The notes under the pieces are model-generated. The model saw nothing but the letters and a program-made list of their open reading frames with translations, searched no databases and was not told the origin of the DNA. Made by a program: the position numbers and the translations under genes. Positions 56,685-64,000 of a stretch of DNA of 64,000 nucleotides are shown here, piece after piece (within the stretch, counting starts at the first letter, position 1; each line of letters opens with the position of its first letter). This stretch comes from a virus (taxonomy: Duplodnaviria; Caudoviricetes): positions 10,058 to 74,057 of the IMG/VR virus record IMGVR_UViG_3300044852_000047; one strand, 5' to 3'.

Positions 56685-57677
56685 TCAGATCACCAAATCG
56701 CCGGAGGCGATCAGACGATCCTTCTGTGTGCACACGGTGAAGGCGGGGCAGTAGGCACAAGCCTTGACCAGCCCCGGTACCGGCACCACAACCCCGACGT
56801 TGCCGTCGGCGTACAACTTGGTATTGGCATCGGCCAGATTGTCGAAGTTCTTGGTGCTGCGGGTGCGCTTGGCGGGGTCCTTGTAATACTTGAACACGGG
56901 ATCGCTGCGCCACAGTTCATCCGGCGCACATTCCGGCAACTGGTCTTCCGGTACGTCCATGCAGGACAACAGCAGCTTGACCCTTGCATCGACCCAGGCT
57001 TGGGTCTCCTCCACGGACATCAGGTGATAGGTCTTGCTCATCACCTTCTTCTGCGGATAGTTGGGGTCCTGCATGGCGCGCAGCTTGGACCAGTCGGTGA
57101 AGATGAACTCGATGGTCATCGTGTCGTCAGTGACGATCTTCGGGTTCAGCCAGCGGTACAGCGAGCCTTGTAGGATGTAGTCCGCGTCCTTGTTGCCGCT
57201 GGTCACGGAGTAGGTGGACGTGGTCTTGAAGTCCGACAGACGCCCTTCGGCGACAAAGTCAAACTTGCCGCTGACCTTGATCCCACCGACTTCCTTGTGC
57301 GAACGCACTTCCAGGTACACCGGAATGGCATCAGGTTTGAGCGCCAGCTGTTCTTCGGTGGGGTTGATCAACACACGCTCTATGACGGCTGCCGGGTAGC
57401 CCAGGGCTCCCAACGCACGCGCGTGGTGACCGACCCAGGCTTTCTCGATACCGTCATGTATGGCAGTACCCAGTCGGCTGGCGATCAGGGCATCCACATC
57501 GGTCATGGCTTCGGCAGCGGGTACCCGCTTGCCCAGCACGACCTGGCGGATCGGTTTCATCAGGGTGGTGACGCTGAGGCCGGCCGCCTCCCGGTCGTAA
57601 TGGTCAACCGCTAGGAAGACCGCCACCGACAGGCTGATGCCGGTGTTGTTGGTGTACAGCTGTTGCATGATGGACAT
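56685..57677 (-). CDS. PD-(D/E)xK nuclease (N4 gp42-like)
   Basis: SGKFDFV...SDFKTTS, QGSLY, C-terminal CAYCPAFTVC. Confidence 0.82.
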   Translation of the reverse strand: MSIMQQLYTNNTGISLSVAVFLAVDHYDREAAGLSVTTLMKPIRQVVLGKRVPAAEAMTDVDALIASRLGTAIHDGIEKAWVGHHARALGALGYPAAVIERVLINPTEEQLALKPDAIPVYLEVRSHKEVGGIKVSGKFDFVAEGRLSDFKTTSTYSVTSGNKDADYILQGSLYRWLNPKIVTDDTMTIEFIFTDWSKLRAMQDPNYPQKKVMSKTYHLMSVEETQAWVDARVKLLLSCMDVPEDQLPECAPDELWRSDPVFKYYKDPAKRTRSTKNFDNLADANTKLYADGNVGVVVPVPGLVKACAYCPAFTVCTQKDRLIASGDLVI

Positions 57678-57693
57678 CCTTGTAGAGCAAGCC

Positions 57694-57990
57694 CTACTCA
57701 GTGGGTGGGATGGAAGGTACTTCGTTGATCTGAAGCCATCGGTTCAAGGTGTCCCGCGCTTCGCGGATGTCATCGAACTTGGATTTACCACCGGTGCGGA
57801 CACCGGACAGCAGGAGCTTCTTGCTGGCGTGGTGGATACACCCCGCAGGGTCTTGCACGTTGAACAGGTGATGGACCTGGTACACGTCCACCTCATCGAG
57901 GTGTTCAGTGTCCTTGAAGTACTTGGGGTACAAGGCCGACAGGGACTGTTGCGCAATGGCGCCATCATCAATACGTTCAAACTGGGTCAT
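57694..57990 (-). CDS. DUF3310-like small protein
   Basis: YPKYFKD...DVYQV..HHASKKLLLSGVRTGGKSKFDDIREA; start MTQFERID at 57990. Confidence 0.6.
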   Translation of the reverse strand: MTQFERIDDGAIAQQSLSALYPKYFKDTEHLDEVDVYQVHHLFNVQDPAGCIHHASKKLLLSGVRTGGKSKFDDIREARDTLNRWLQINEVPSIPPTE

Positions 57991-58499
57991 TGCAGGGTTT
58001 CTCCATTCATTGCTGGGGTAGCGAGGTGATGTGACATGAAGGTGATGCACAGCTTGCAGGCACGTAAGTAGCGGCGAGCCTGTCCTTGTTCCACGTTGAG
58101 CGTGGTGATCAAGTCTTCGGTACAGACCCGGTCGAACAGTTGCAGCAGCGTGTGCAGACGCGTGGTGCTCAGTTGCTTGGTACTGCCAAACTCTAAGGCG
58201 GCTACACCACTGATGATGTCGTCCACTGGACCCCCGCTGTGCGGTTCTATCGAAGCCACCCACTCACGGTGGGGGTTATCGACGTACCGCGTGCGGTTGC
58301 TGGTGGCTGGGCGTAACTCGGGACGGACGTAATGCTGGTGATGCCGTATACGATCGATGCTTGCCGACCCCAGCGAGCGCTGGAGATTAGGCATGTCATC
58401 GATCGACCACGCCGGTGTGTCAATGGCGTTTTCTGTCAGTGAGTTAATAAGAATAGTTCCTATCGCGAAACGGTCCCAATATATAAGGGGTCCCCCCAC
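57987..58499 (-). CDS. Hypothetical protein with possible C-terminal HTH (start uncertain, possibly 58394)
   Basis: ORF coupled to the downstream gene; LITTLNVEQGQARRYLRACK looks HTH-like. Confidence 0.55.
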   Translation of the reverse strand: MGGPLIYWDRFAIGTILINSLTENAIDTPAWSIDDMPNLQRSLGSASIDRIRHHQHYVRPELRPATSNRTRYVDNPHREWVASIEPHSGGPVDDIISGVAALEFGSTKQLSTTRLHTLLQLFDRVCTEDLITTLNVEQGQARRYLRACKLCITFMSHHLATPAMNGETLQ

Positions 58500-58504
58500 T
58501 CACC

Positions 58505-58790
58505 TCTAGGGCGAGCGTCCCGCGCCAAACTTGGCATCGGGTTCGGGGACCGAACCACCCGCTCACTCCTCCCTCTCTTCTCTGTGGTTCCAGGCAAGTC
58601 CTAGCCGTCGGCGCCCGAGCGGCGAGCGCAGCGAGGCCCGAAGGGATGCCGAAAGGCGACGGACGAAGCCGGCCAACCCAAGAAAAGGAAAATGAATAAA
58701 ACGGTTTTAACAGCCGCGCTTTCCCCTCCGGCCTACCACCCCTGGCGGCTGCGTCGCTGCGCTCCTCGCCTTGGGGTACGGCCATCGGGT
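58505..58790. other. Structured intergenic element (origin/ssi-like or ncRNA)
   Basis: 11-bp inverted repeat 58624-58634 / 58754-58764 plus several perfect hairpins. Confidence 0.5.
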
Positions 58791-58853
58791 CAATCGCTGG
58801 GAACAGGAAGAGGGCGCCGAGGCACCCACTCCCTACCTTCATGGCTTGAGCCT

Positions 58854-61082
58854 TCAGAACGCGATCTCGCAGGCACCACCGCTGCATGCGGCACCGCCCA
58901 ACGTGTTCACCTCGGTGTAGCTCTGTTTGGAAAGCGCCTCGGTGAAGTTGATAGGCTGCACCTGACGCGCCAGCGACTCCCATTTATGGAAGTTGTAGAC
59001 GTCCTTCAGACAGTAGGTCATCTGCTTCAGGTCACTTCCAAAGAAGTTCTTGGCGAAACCTTCGGCACGTCGTACCCAATCCCGCTTGAGCAGGTCGGTG
59101 CGGTGCGTCGGGTGCAGTTCCTGGCCAATCCCCAGCACCGTGGCGCATGCGCTCCACAGGTCATCGTGGAAGGCGTACAGCCCGTCGACGATCAGCCCAG
59201 AGGCGAGCAGGCTGGCATTGCCATACTGCGCGGTGATTTCCTCTAGGCTACGCACCTCGGTGAACGGCGCCTGCGCGTAGTCCTTGTCGCCGCTGGAGGA
59301 CAGCAGGCTGACACCGGCAAACCACTGACGGTTGTCGAACAGGTACTGCTCCACTGCATCCCAGTCATCCACCGAAATGGTGTTGGAGATGTTGTGGCGC
59401 AGCTGCGGATCGACGGCCAGGGACACGTCGGTACCAGCCTCGACCCAATACTGCTGGGCGAGCTTGACGTATTCCAGTTGCTTGACCCCGTACAGGTCGG
59501 ACTTGAACACCGACTTCGGATCGGACACCACAGGGAAGCTGACCACCTTGTCGGTGCCGTTCTGTGACCAGACCGAGTCCTCTACCATCTCCGGGTTGAC
59601 CTGCTGGATCAGGTGCAGCACGCCATCGGTGTCGTTCATCTGCACGTTGCGGAAGTAGCGCGCCGAGTGCTCGCCGTGAATCCCGCTGGCCGTGCCGAGC
59701 TTGACTGAAGCGTTGCCCGATGGCTTGGCGCAGGTGGTGCGCGGCGCCGGGTTGATGCCGATCAGGGCAGCGATCTGCTTGTTGGTGGCTTTCACCAGTT
59801 CAGCCCCGGCAACCATGTTGTCCTTGTGGAACAGCACGTCCGGGTTGTTCATCCAGCCGGTGATGGAAACGCCCAGCAGAGCCTCCCGGTCGACGATCTC
59901 CTTGGTGGTTTGGGTCAGGTAGGTGAAGTTGGTGTAGCCGGCCTGGAGCGTGCCCAGGATCGCCCCGGCACGGCAGGCCTTAAGTAGGTCGCTGACGGTG
60001 AAGCACTGACCGCCATTGATCTCGGTCAGGTTGCACATCTGGAAACCGGTCTTGCCGGTGAGCCAGTGAATCGGTCGCATGCCGATTTCGACGCACGGGT
60101 TGTAGGCGGCGTCCAGCGAGTGGGTGAAGATGAAGCCCGGTTCGCCAAAGGTACGCACCGACTGCATGATGCCTTTCCACTCGTCACGGTTCAGCTCGTC
60201 CCGCACGAGCATGGCTGAGTTGTTCGAGCGCCCGCGCTGCGGGTTGTCGACAAACCAGTTGCCGGTCTTCGCGTTGAGCATGGCCTGGTCGTCTTTGGAG
60301 AACAGGCAGATCGTTGCCGAGCGACGAACGCCCCCGGACAGTACGGCGTCCGACATGTGCATGACGAAGTCGTAGACGCACAGGGACGACATCCGGGTGT
60401 CGGTAGCGACCATGGCTTCCATCAGCTTTTCGCACTTCTGCAAGGCCAGTTGCAAACCGTCCGCGCCGGGGGCCTTGAAGCCACCGGAGATGAACGCACC
60501 CTTTGGGCGGATCAGGCTGAAGTCAAAGTTGACGTGGCAGTGACGGTACTCAGGGAACGAACCGCCGTCGCTGAAGTAGCTGGAGAGCAGTACGCCAAAA
60601 GCGTCGGCCCAGCCTTCGATGCTGTCGGGAATCACAAACAGCTTGGATTCCTGACCGCGTGGCGAGATCACCGGCAGCTTGGCCACATGCTGGGTCTGTA
60701 CGCTGAAGCCGACACCACAGCCACACAGCAGCAGGTACATGGCTTCCTGGAAAAACTCAGGACGGTCGGCATACGAGCTTGAGCAGTTGTACAAGCGCGC
60801 TTCGTGCTTGAAGATCTGCTCGCCGCCGAACTGAAGCGCACGTTGTGCACCCAGAACCTTCTTGTTGCGGTACATCTCTTCGGCGAAGTCGATCTCGGCC
60901 GCCAGTTCATCGTTCATGCAGTGGGCATACTTGGCCCGGTGCATATCCATCACGCGCTTGACCGATTCGTCCCACGACTCATAGCGTCCCAGCGCTTCGT
61001 CCCAGCGCGAGTAGCCCATGTAAAACTTGGCTTGCGCCATCATTTGCTTACCGAGACCGGAGTCTATGGTTTGACCGTTCAT
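58854..61082 (-). CDS. Ribonucleotide reductase large (catalytic) subunit
   Basis: YNCS, YNPCVE, FQMCNLTEIN, KPSGNAS, C-terminal CSGGAC. Confidence 0.93.
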   Translation of the reverse strand: MNGQTIDSGLGKQMMAQAKFYMGYSRWDEALGRYESWDESVKRVMDMHRAKYAHCMNDELAAEIDFAEEMYRNKKVLGAQRALQFGGEQIFKHEARLYNCSSSYADRPEFFQEAMYLLLCGCGVGFSVQTQHVAKLPVISPRGQESKLFVIPDSIEGWADAFGVLLSSYFSDGGSFPEYRHCHVNFDFSLIRPKGAFISGGFKAPGADGLQLALQKCEKLMEAMVATDTRMSSLCVYDFVMHMSDAVLSGGVRRSATICLFSKDDQAMLNAKTGNWFVDNPQRGRSNNSAMLVRDELNRDEWKGIMQSVRTFGEPGFIFTHSLDAAYNPCVEIGMRPIHWLTGKTGFQMCNLTEINGGQCFTVSDLLKACRAGAILGTLQAGYTNFTYLTQTTKEIVDREALLGVSITGWMNNPDVLFHKDNMVAGAELVKATNKQIAALIGINPAPRTTCAKPSGNASVKLGTASGIHGEHSARYFRNVQMNDTDGVLHLIQQVNPEMVEDSVWSQNGTDKVVSFPVVSDPKSVFKSDLYGVKQLEYVKLAQQYWVEAGTDVSLAVDPQLRHNISNTISVDDWDAVEQYLFDNRQWFAGVSLLSSSGDKDYAQAPFTEVRSLEEITAQYGNASLLASGLIVDGLYAFHDDLWSACATVLGIGQELHPTHRTDLLKRDWVRRAEGFAKNFFGSDLKQMTYCLKDVYNFHKWESLARQVQPINFTEALSKQSYTEVNTLGGAACSGGACEIAF

Positions 61083-61108
61083 ACCGTTTCCTTGTGTGCA
61101 GGTAGAGA

Positions 61109-61126
61109 GGCCCTCGACGGAGGGCC
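61109..61126. terminator. Hairpin between thyA and RNR
   Basis: GGCCCTC-GACG-GAGGGCC. Confidence 0.4.
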
Positions 61127-61145
61127 AATTAGTTAAGGCAAGGGG

Positions 61146-62057
61146 TTACACCGCCACCGGCGCCTTGATGGGCGGGTGGGACAGGTAGTTGCTCAGGACA
61201 AAGTCGCTGTACTCGAAGCCATCGATGCTCTGGCCCCGGTTAAGCAGGTACATCTGTGGCAGCGGCAGCGTTTCGCGCTCCAGTTGTTCGCGGACTTGCT
61301 GGACGTGGTTGCTATAGATGTGGCAATCGCCACCGGTCCAGATGAACTCTCCTACGGCCATGTTGCAGACCTGGGCCACCATCTGGGTCAGCAGGGCATA
61401 GCTGGCGATGTTGAAGGGCACGCCGAGGAACAGGTCCGCCGAGCGCTGGTACAGCTGGCAGCTCAGGCGCCGGGTCGGGATCTCCAGCTTGTCCAGGACT
61501 TCCGCGAGGAAGCGCTTGTTGTCAACGGCACCGAGCAGGGTGTGACCGCGTTGCTTGTGGAGTTCCACCCGTTCCGCCAGCGTCAGCTCCACGGTGTAGA
61601 ACTGGAACAGGCAGTGGCACGGCGGCAACGCCATGTCATCAACGTCAGTCGGGTTCCAGGCGCTGACCAGCATCCGGCGCGAATCCGGGTTGGTCTTGAG
61701 CGTCTGGATCAACTCGGCGATCTGATCGATGTAACCACCTTCGGCATTTGGCCAGCTGCGCCACTGCGCTCCGTACACCGGACCCAAGTCACCGTTCTCG
61801 TCCGCCCAGGCATCCCAGATCTTCACGCCGTTGTTCTGCAAGTAGCGCACATTGGTGTCGCCCTTGAGGAACCACAGCAGTTCATGGATCACGCTTTTCA
61901 GGTGAACCTGCTTGGTGGTGACCAGGGGAAACAGTCCACCGGACAAGTCAAAGCGCAGCTGCGCACCAAACACGCTGTAAGTACCGGTGTTGGTGCGGTC
62001 ATCTTTATAAGTGCCGTGGTCAATGACCCGTTCAAGAAGTTGCAAGTATTGCTTCAT
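61146..62057 (-). CDS. thyA: Thymidylate synthase
   Basis: [52 protein letters not shown]. Confidence 0.97.
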   Translation of the reverse strand: MKQYLQLLERVIDHGTYKDDRTNTGTYSVFGAQLRFDLSGGLFPLVTTKQVHLKSVIHELLWFLKGDTNVRYLQNNGVKIWDAWADENGDLGPVYGAQWRSWPNAEGGYIDQIAELIQTLKTNPDSRRMLVSAWNPTDVDDMALPPCHCLFQFYTVELTLAERVELHKQRGHTLLGAVDNKRFLAEVLDKLEIPTRRLSCQLYQRSADLFLGVPFNIASYALLTQMVAQVCNMAVGEFIWTGGDCHIYSNHVQQVREQLERETLPLPQMYLLNRGQSIDGFEYSDFVLSNYLSHPPIKAPVAV

Positions 62058-62061
62058 TGGT

Positions 62062-62310
62062 TTAAGTCCGGTCAGGAATGGGCAGGTCTTGTACGCCGTC
62101 ATAAATAGCGGTGGCGAGGTCCAGACAAGTTTTGGTTAAAGCGCCGGCACGTAAAGCAGTCAGTACTTTATCCGGTGTTACATTGGGGTTGCGCAATGCT
62201 TCTCGTGACAACATGTCTTCGGCAATTATGCGAATACGCCGCTGACGCTCTTTACGGTTATAGTCGGAGAGGTGTTGACTCAGTGCTGTTTTTTCATCGA
62301 AGTCACTCAT
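62062..62310 (-). CDS. Hypothetical protein (82 aa)
   Basis: ORF track; operon context. Confidence 0.6.
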   Translation of the reverse strand: MSDFDEKTALSQHLSDYNRKERQRRIRIIAEDMLSREALRNPNVTPDKVLTALRAGALTKTCLDLATAIYDGVQDLPIPDRT

Positions 62311-62499
62311 TTAGTTGAACTCAGGCAGGCGGAACAGACACACACGTCACCGTGTTCCAGTTCCTTGGCTTGTTGAGCAAAACACCAGCAAGTGGTTTTG
62401 CCCAGTTGAATATCGCAACGCACCGGTCCTGAACATTGGGGGGCAGGAGTGTGTCACGACAGGGGTAATAGCGTGTCGGGTTTTTGTGTGGTCAGTCAT
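62307..62499 (-). pseudogene. Cysteine-rich CWC family protein, frameshifted in a G6 run (62438-62443)
   Basis: Removing one base gives ...HSCPQCSGPVRCDIQLGKTTCWCFAQQ...CVCSACL*, with the stop overlapping the next ATG. Confidence 0.55.
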
Positions 62500-62541
62500 G
62501 GCTTATGTACACTAGCAGGTAATTAATCGAGGCGACTTTAT

Positions 62542-64000
62542 ATGAGTCTAATGGTGTGCGGCACCGGTGGTTGGAATGGCCCGAAGCCGGGTGACCCCAA
62601 TACTGATAATTTGCTCTTGACGGCCACACCCGCGTTTGGCGGGATTGACTTGAACTGGACCTACCCGGCGATACTCCCGGAGGCGGTGGCGTACACGATT
62701 ATTTACCGGAGTTTGAATCCTAATCCGGCGAGTATGGTGCGGTTAGTTTATGCGTCGGGCAACTTCTTCTACGACCGTATCGAAGTGTCCAACAACATAA
62801 CCTATTACTACTGGATTCAGGTGGTGTCGGTAAACGGTACCCAGGGCAAGGTCATTGGACCGGCCAGTGCGATCGCCAAACCATTGATTGGTGACATGAT
62901 CACGCTGCTCACCGGGCAGATTGACGCCGGGGTTCTGGCGCAGTCGCTGAAGCAATCCATCGACCGGGTCGAACTCAACAGCCTGAAGATCGACCAGGAG
63001 CTGATCGACCGGGCAGCGCAGGACGATGCCCTGGGCGTGTTGTTCAACGAAGTCGAGGCGCATTCCGAAGAAACGCGGGCCTTACTCCAGACCGAAGTGC
63101 TGGCGCGGACCTCGGCGCAGGAAGCCTTTGTCACCGCGGTCAACACGGTCTACGCCACGCTAAACGGCAACATCAGTGCGGTGCAACAGACCCAGCTGGC
63201 GCAGGTCAATGACTTGGGCAACCTGGCCAAATCGCTGACCAATGTGGAGTCCTCGCTGGGCAGCTCGATTGCCCAGGTCTCGCAGAACCTTCAGACCAAC
63301 ATCGACTCGGTGAACGGGGTGGTGGGTAAGATCGGCGCGTTGTACACGGCGCAGGTCAACGTCAATGGTTTGATTGGTGGCTTCGGTGTCTACAACGACG
63401 GTACCTCGGTGCAGGCTGGGTTCGATGTCGACCAGTTCTGGGTCGGGCGGACCAAGAAAAACGGTCGTAAACCCTTCATCGTCAACAGCGATGGTTTCGT
63501 CTACATCGACGAAGCGGCGATTTACAGCCTGACCTTCTCCAAGCTGCGCGACGAGTCCGGCTCGTTCATCGTCAAGGATGGCAAGGTCCAAGCCAAGTTC
63601 ATCCAGGCCGACCAGTTGCAAGTGGCCTGGGCCAAGATCCAGAACGTCGACATACAGACTGCCCATATCCGCGACGCCAACGTGACCACCCTGAAGATTC
63701 AGGGCAATGCGGTAACCATTCCGGTGGGGATGGTGGGTGGTGGCGCTATACCGGTGGTGCGTTTGGTGATGGATCAGCCAGGGATGGTCATGGTGATGGT
63801 CATGGCTAACTTCATTGCCGGTCCCGGTAACCTCGGTGCCTCCAGCTGCCTGCTGCAAACCAGCGTCAATGGCATGCTCGGGCCGCAGGTCGGGGTCACC
63901 GCACCGGAGAATTATTCCGCCTCGGCGGTGGCCTTTGGGCAGTACTGGCTGGAGGCCGGCACGTACGACTGCACGGGTCTCATCAGCTTCCAATACAACA
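62542..64000 (+). CDS. Tail / host-specificity protein (FN3-like N-terminus, DUF1983-like region), truncated by the window end
   Basis: Open frame from ATG 62542 (GAGG RBS): MSLMVCGTGGW...YTAQVNVNGLIGGFG..FDVDQFWV..KPFIV..VYIDEAAI..TLKIQGNAVTIP. Confidence 0.8.
   Translation, partial: MSLMVCGTGGWNGPKPGDPNTDNLLLTATPAFGGIDLNWTYPAILPEAVAYTIIYRSLNPNPASMVRLVYASGNFFYDRIEVSNNITYYYWIQVVSVNGTQGKVIGPASAIAKPLIGDMITLLTGQIDAGVLAQSLKQSIDRVELNSLKIDQELIDRAAQDDALGVLFNEVEAHSEETRALLQTEVLARTSAQEAFVTAVNTVYATLNGNISAVQQTQLAQVNDLGNLAKSLTNVESSLGSSIAQVSQNLQTNIDSVNGVVGKIGALYTAQVNVNGLIGGFGVYNDGTSVQAGFDVDQFWVGRTKKNGRKPFIVNSDGFVYIDEAAIYSLTFSKLRDESGSFIVKDGKVQAKFIQADQLQVAWAKIQNVDIQTAHIRDANVTTLKIQGNAVTIPVGMVGGGAIPVVRLVMDQPGMVMVMVMANFIAGPGNLGASSCLLQTSVNGMLGPQVGVTAPENYSASAVAFGQYWLEAGTYDCTGLISFQYN

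Noticed and set aside
58444-59246. ORFs 58444..58983 (-) and 58692..59246 (+)
   Set aside because: Arg/Gly-rich junk translations across the structured element and the RNR end; no RBS.
61500-61600. About 35-aa insertion in ThyA
   Set aside because: Variable-length inserts after the catalytic PCH motif are common in ThyA and not intein-like.
1-64000. CRISPR array, integrase/repressor, IS, intron or intein
   Set aside because: No regular repeat-spacer array or recombinase/transposase motifs seen; polymerase, RNR, terminase and thyA frames are uninterrupted and of ordinary length.

Overview
This window covers most of a lytic N4-like phage genome (Schitoviridae-type, probably infecting Pseudomonas), circularly permuted, with the inferred physical end near 20.4-20.7 kb. 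Leftward from about 20.3 kb lie early genes, a Drc/gp2-like cofactor, the two-subunit RNAP II, ClpX-like and MoxR/vWA ATPases, a helicase, DNA polymerase and dCMP deaminase. Rightward from 20.7 kb lie the terminase, portal, capsid, ejection proteins and a 3496-aa virion RNA polymerase. A second leftward block (62.3 to 46.5 kb) holds thyA, RNR, a nuclease, primase, AAA ATPase, SSB and RuvC-like resolvase, and a tail protein starts at 62.5 kb. The most notable observations are: (1) an approximately 820-nt, apparently non-coding, densely structured locus (48372-49192) that looks like a large unassigned minus-strand ncRNA, converging on a lone lipoprotein gene; (2) Tad1- and Tad2-type anti-defence sponge domains, each fused to a second small domain; (3) an orphan TAXI-family periplasmic solute-binding protein; (4) seven C-GNA-G triloop DNA hairpins resembling vRNAP promoters, two of them in the replication module; (5) a second structured, origin-like intergenic element at 58.5-58.8 kb; (6) a natural Tyr-to-Phe change in vRNAP motif B and an approximately 75-aa insertion in the major capsid protein. 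Family assignments come from motif recognition only; no database searches were run.
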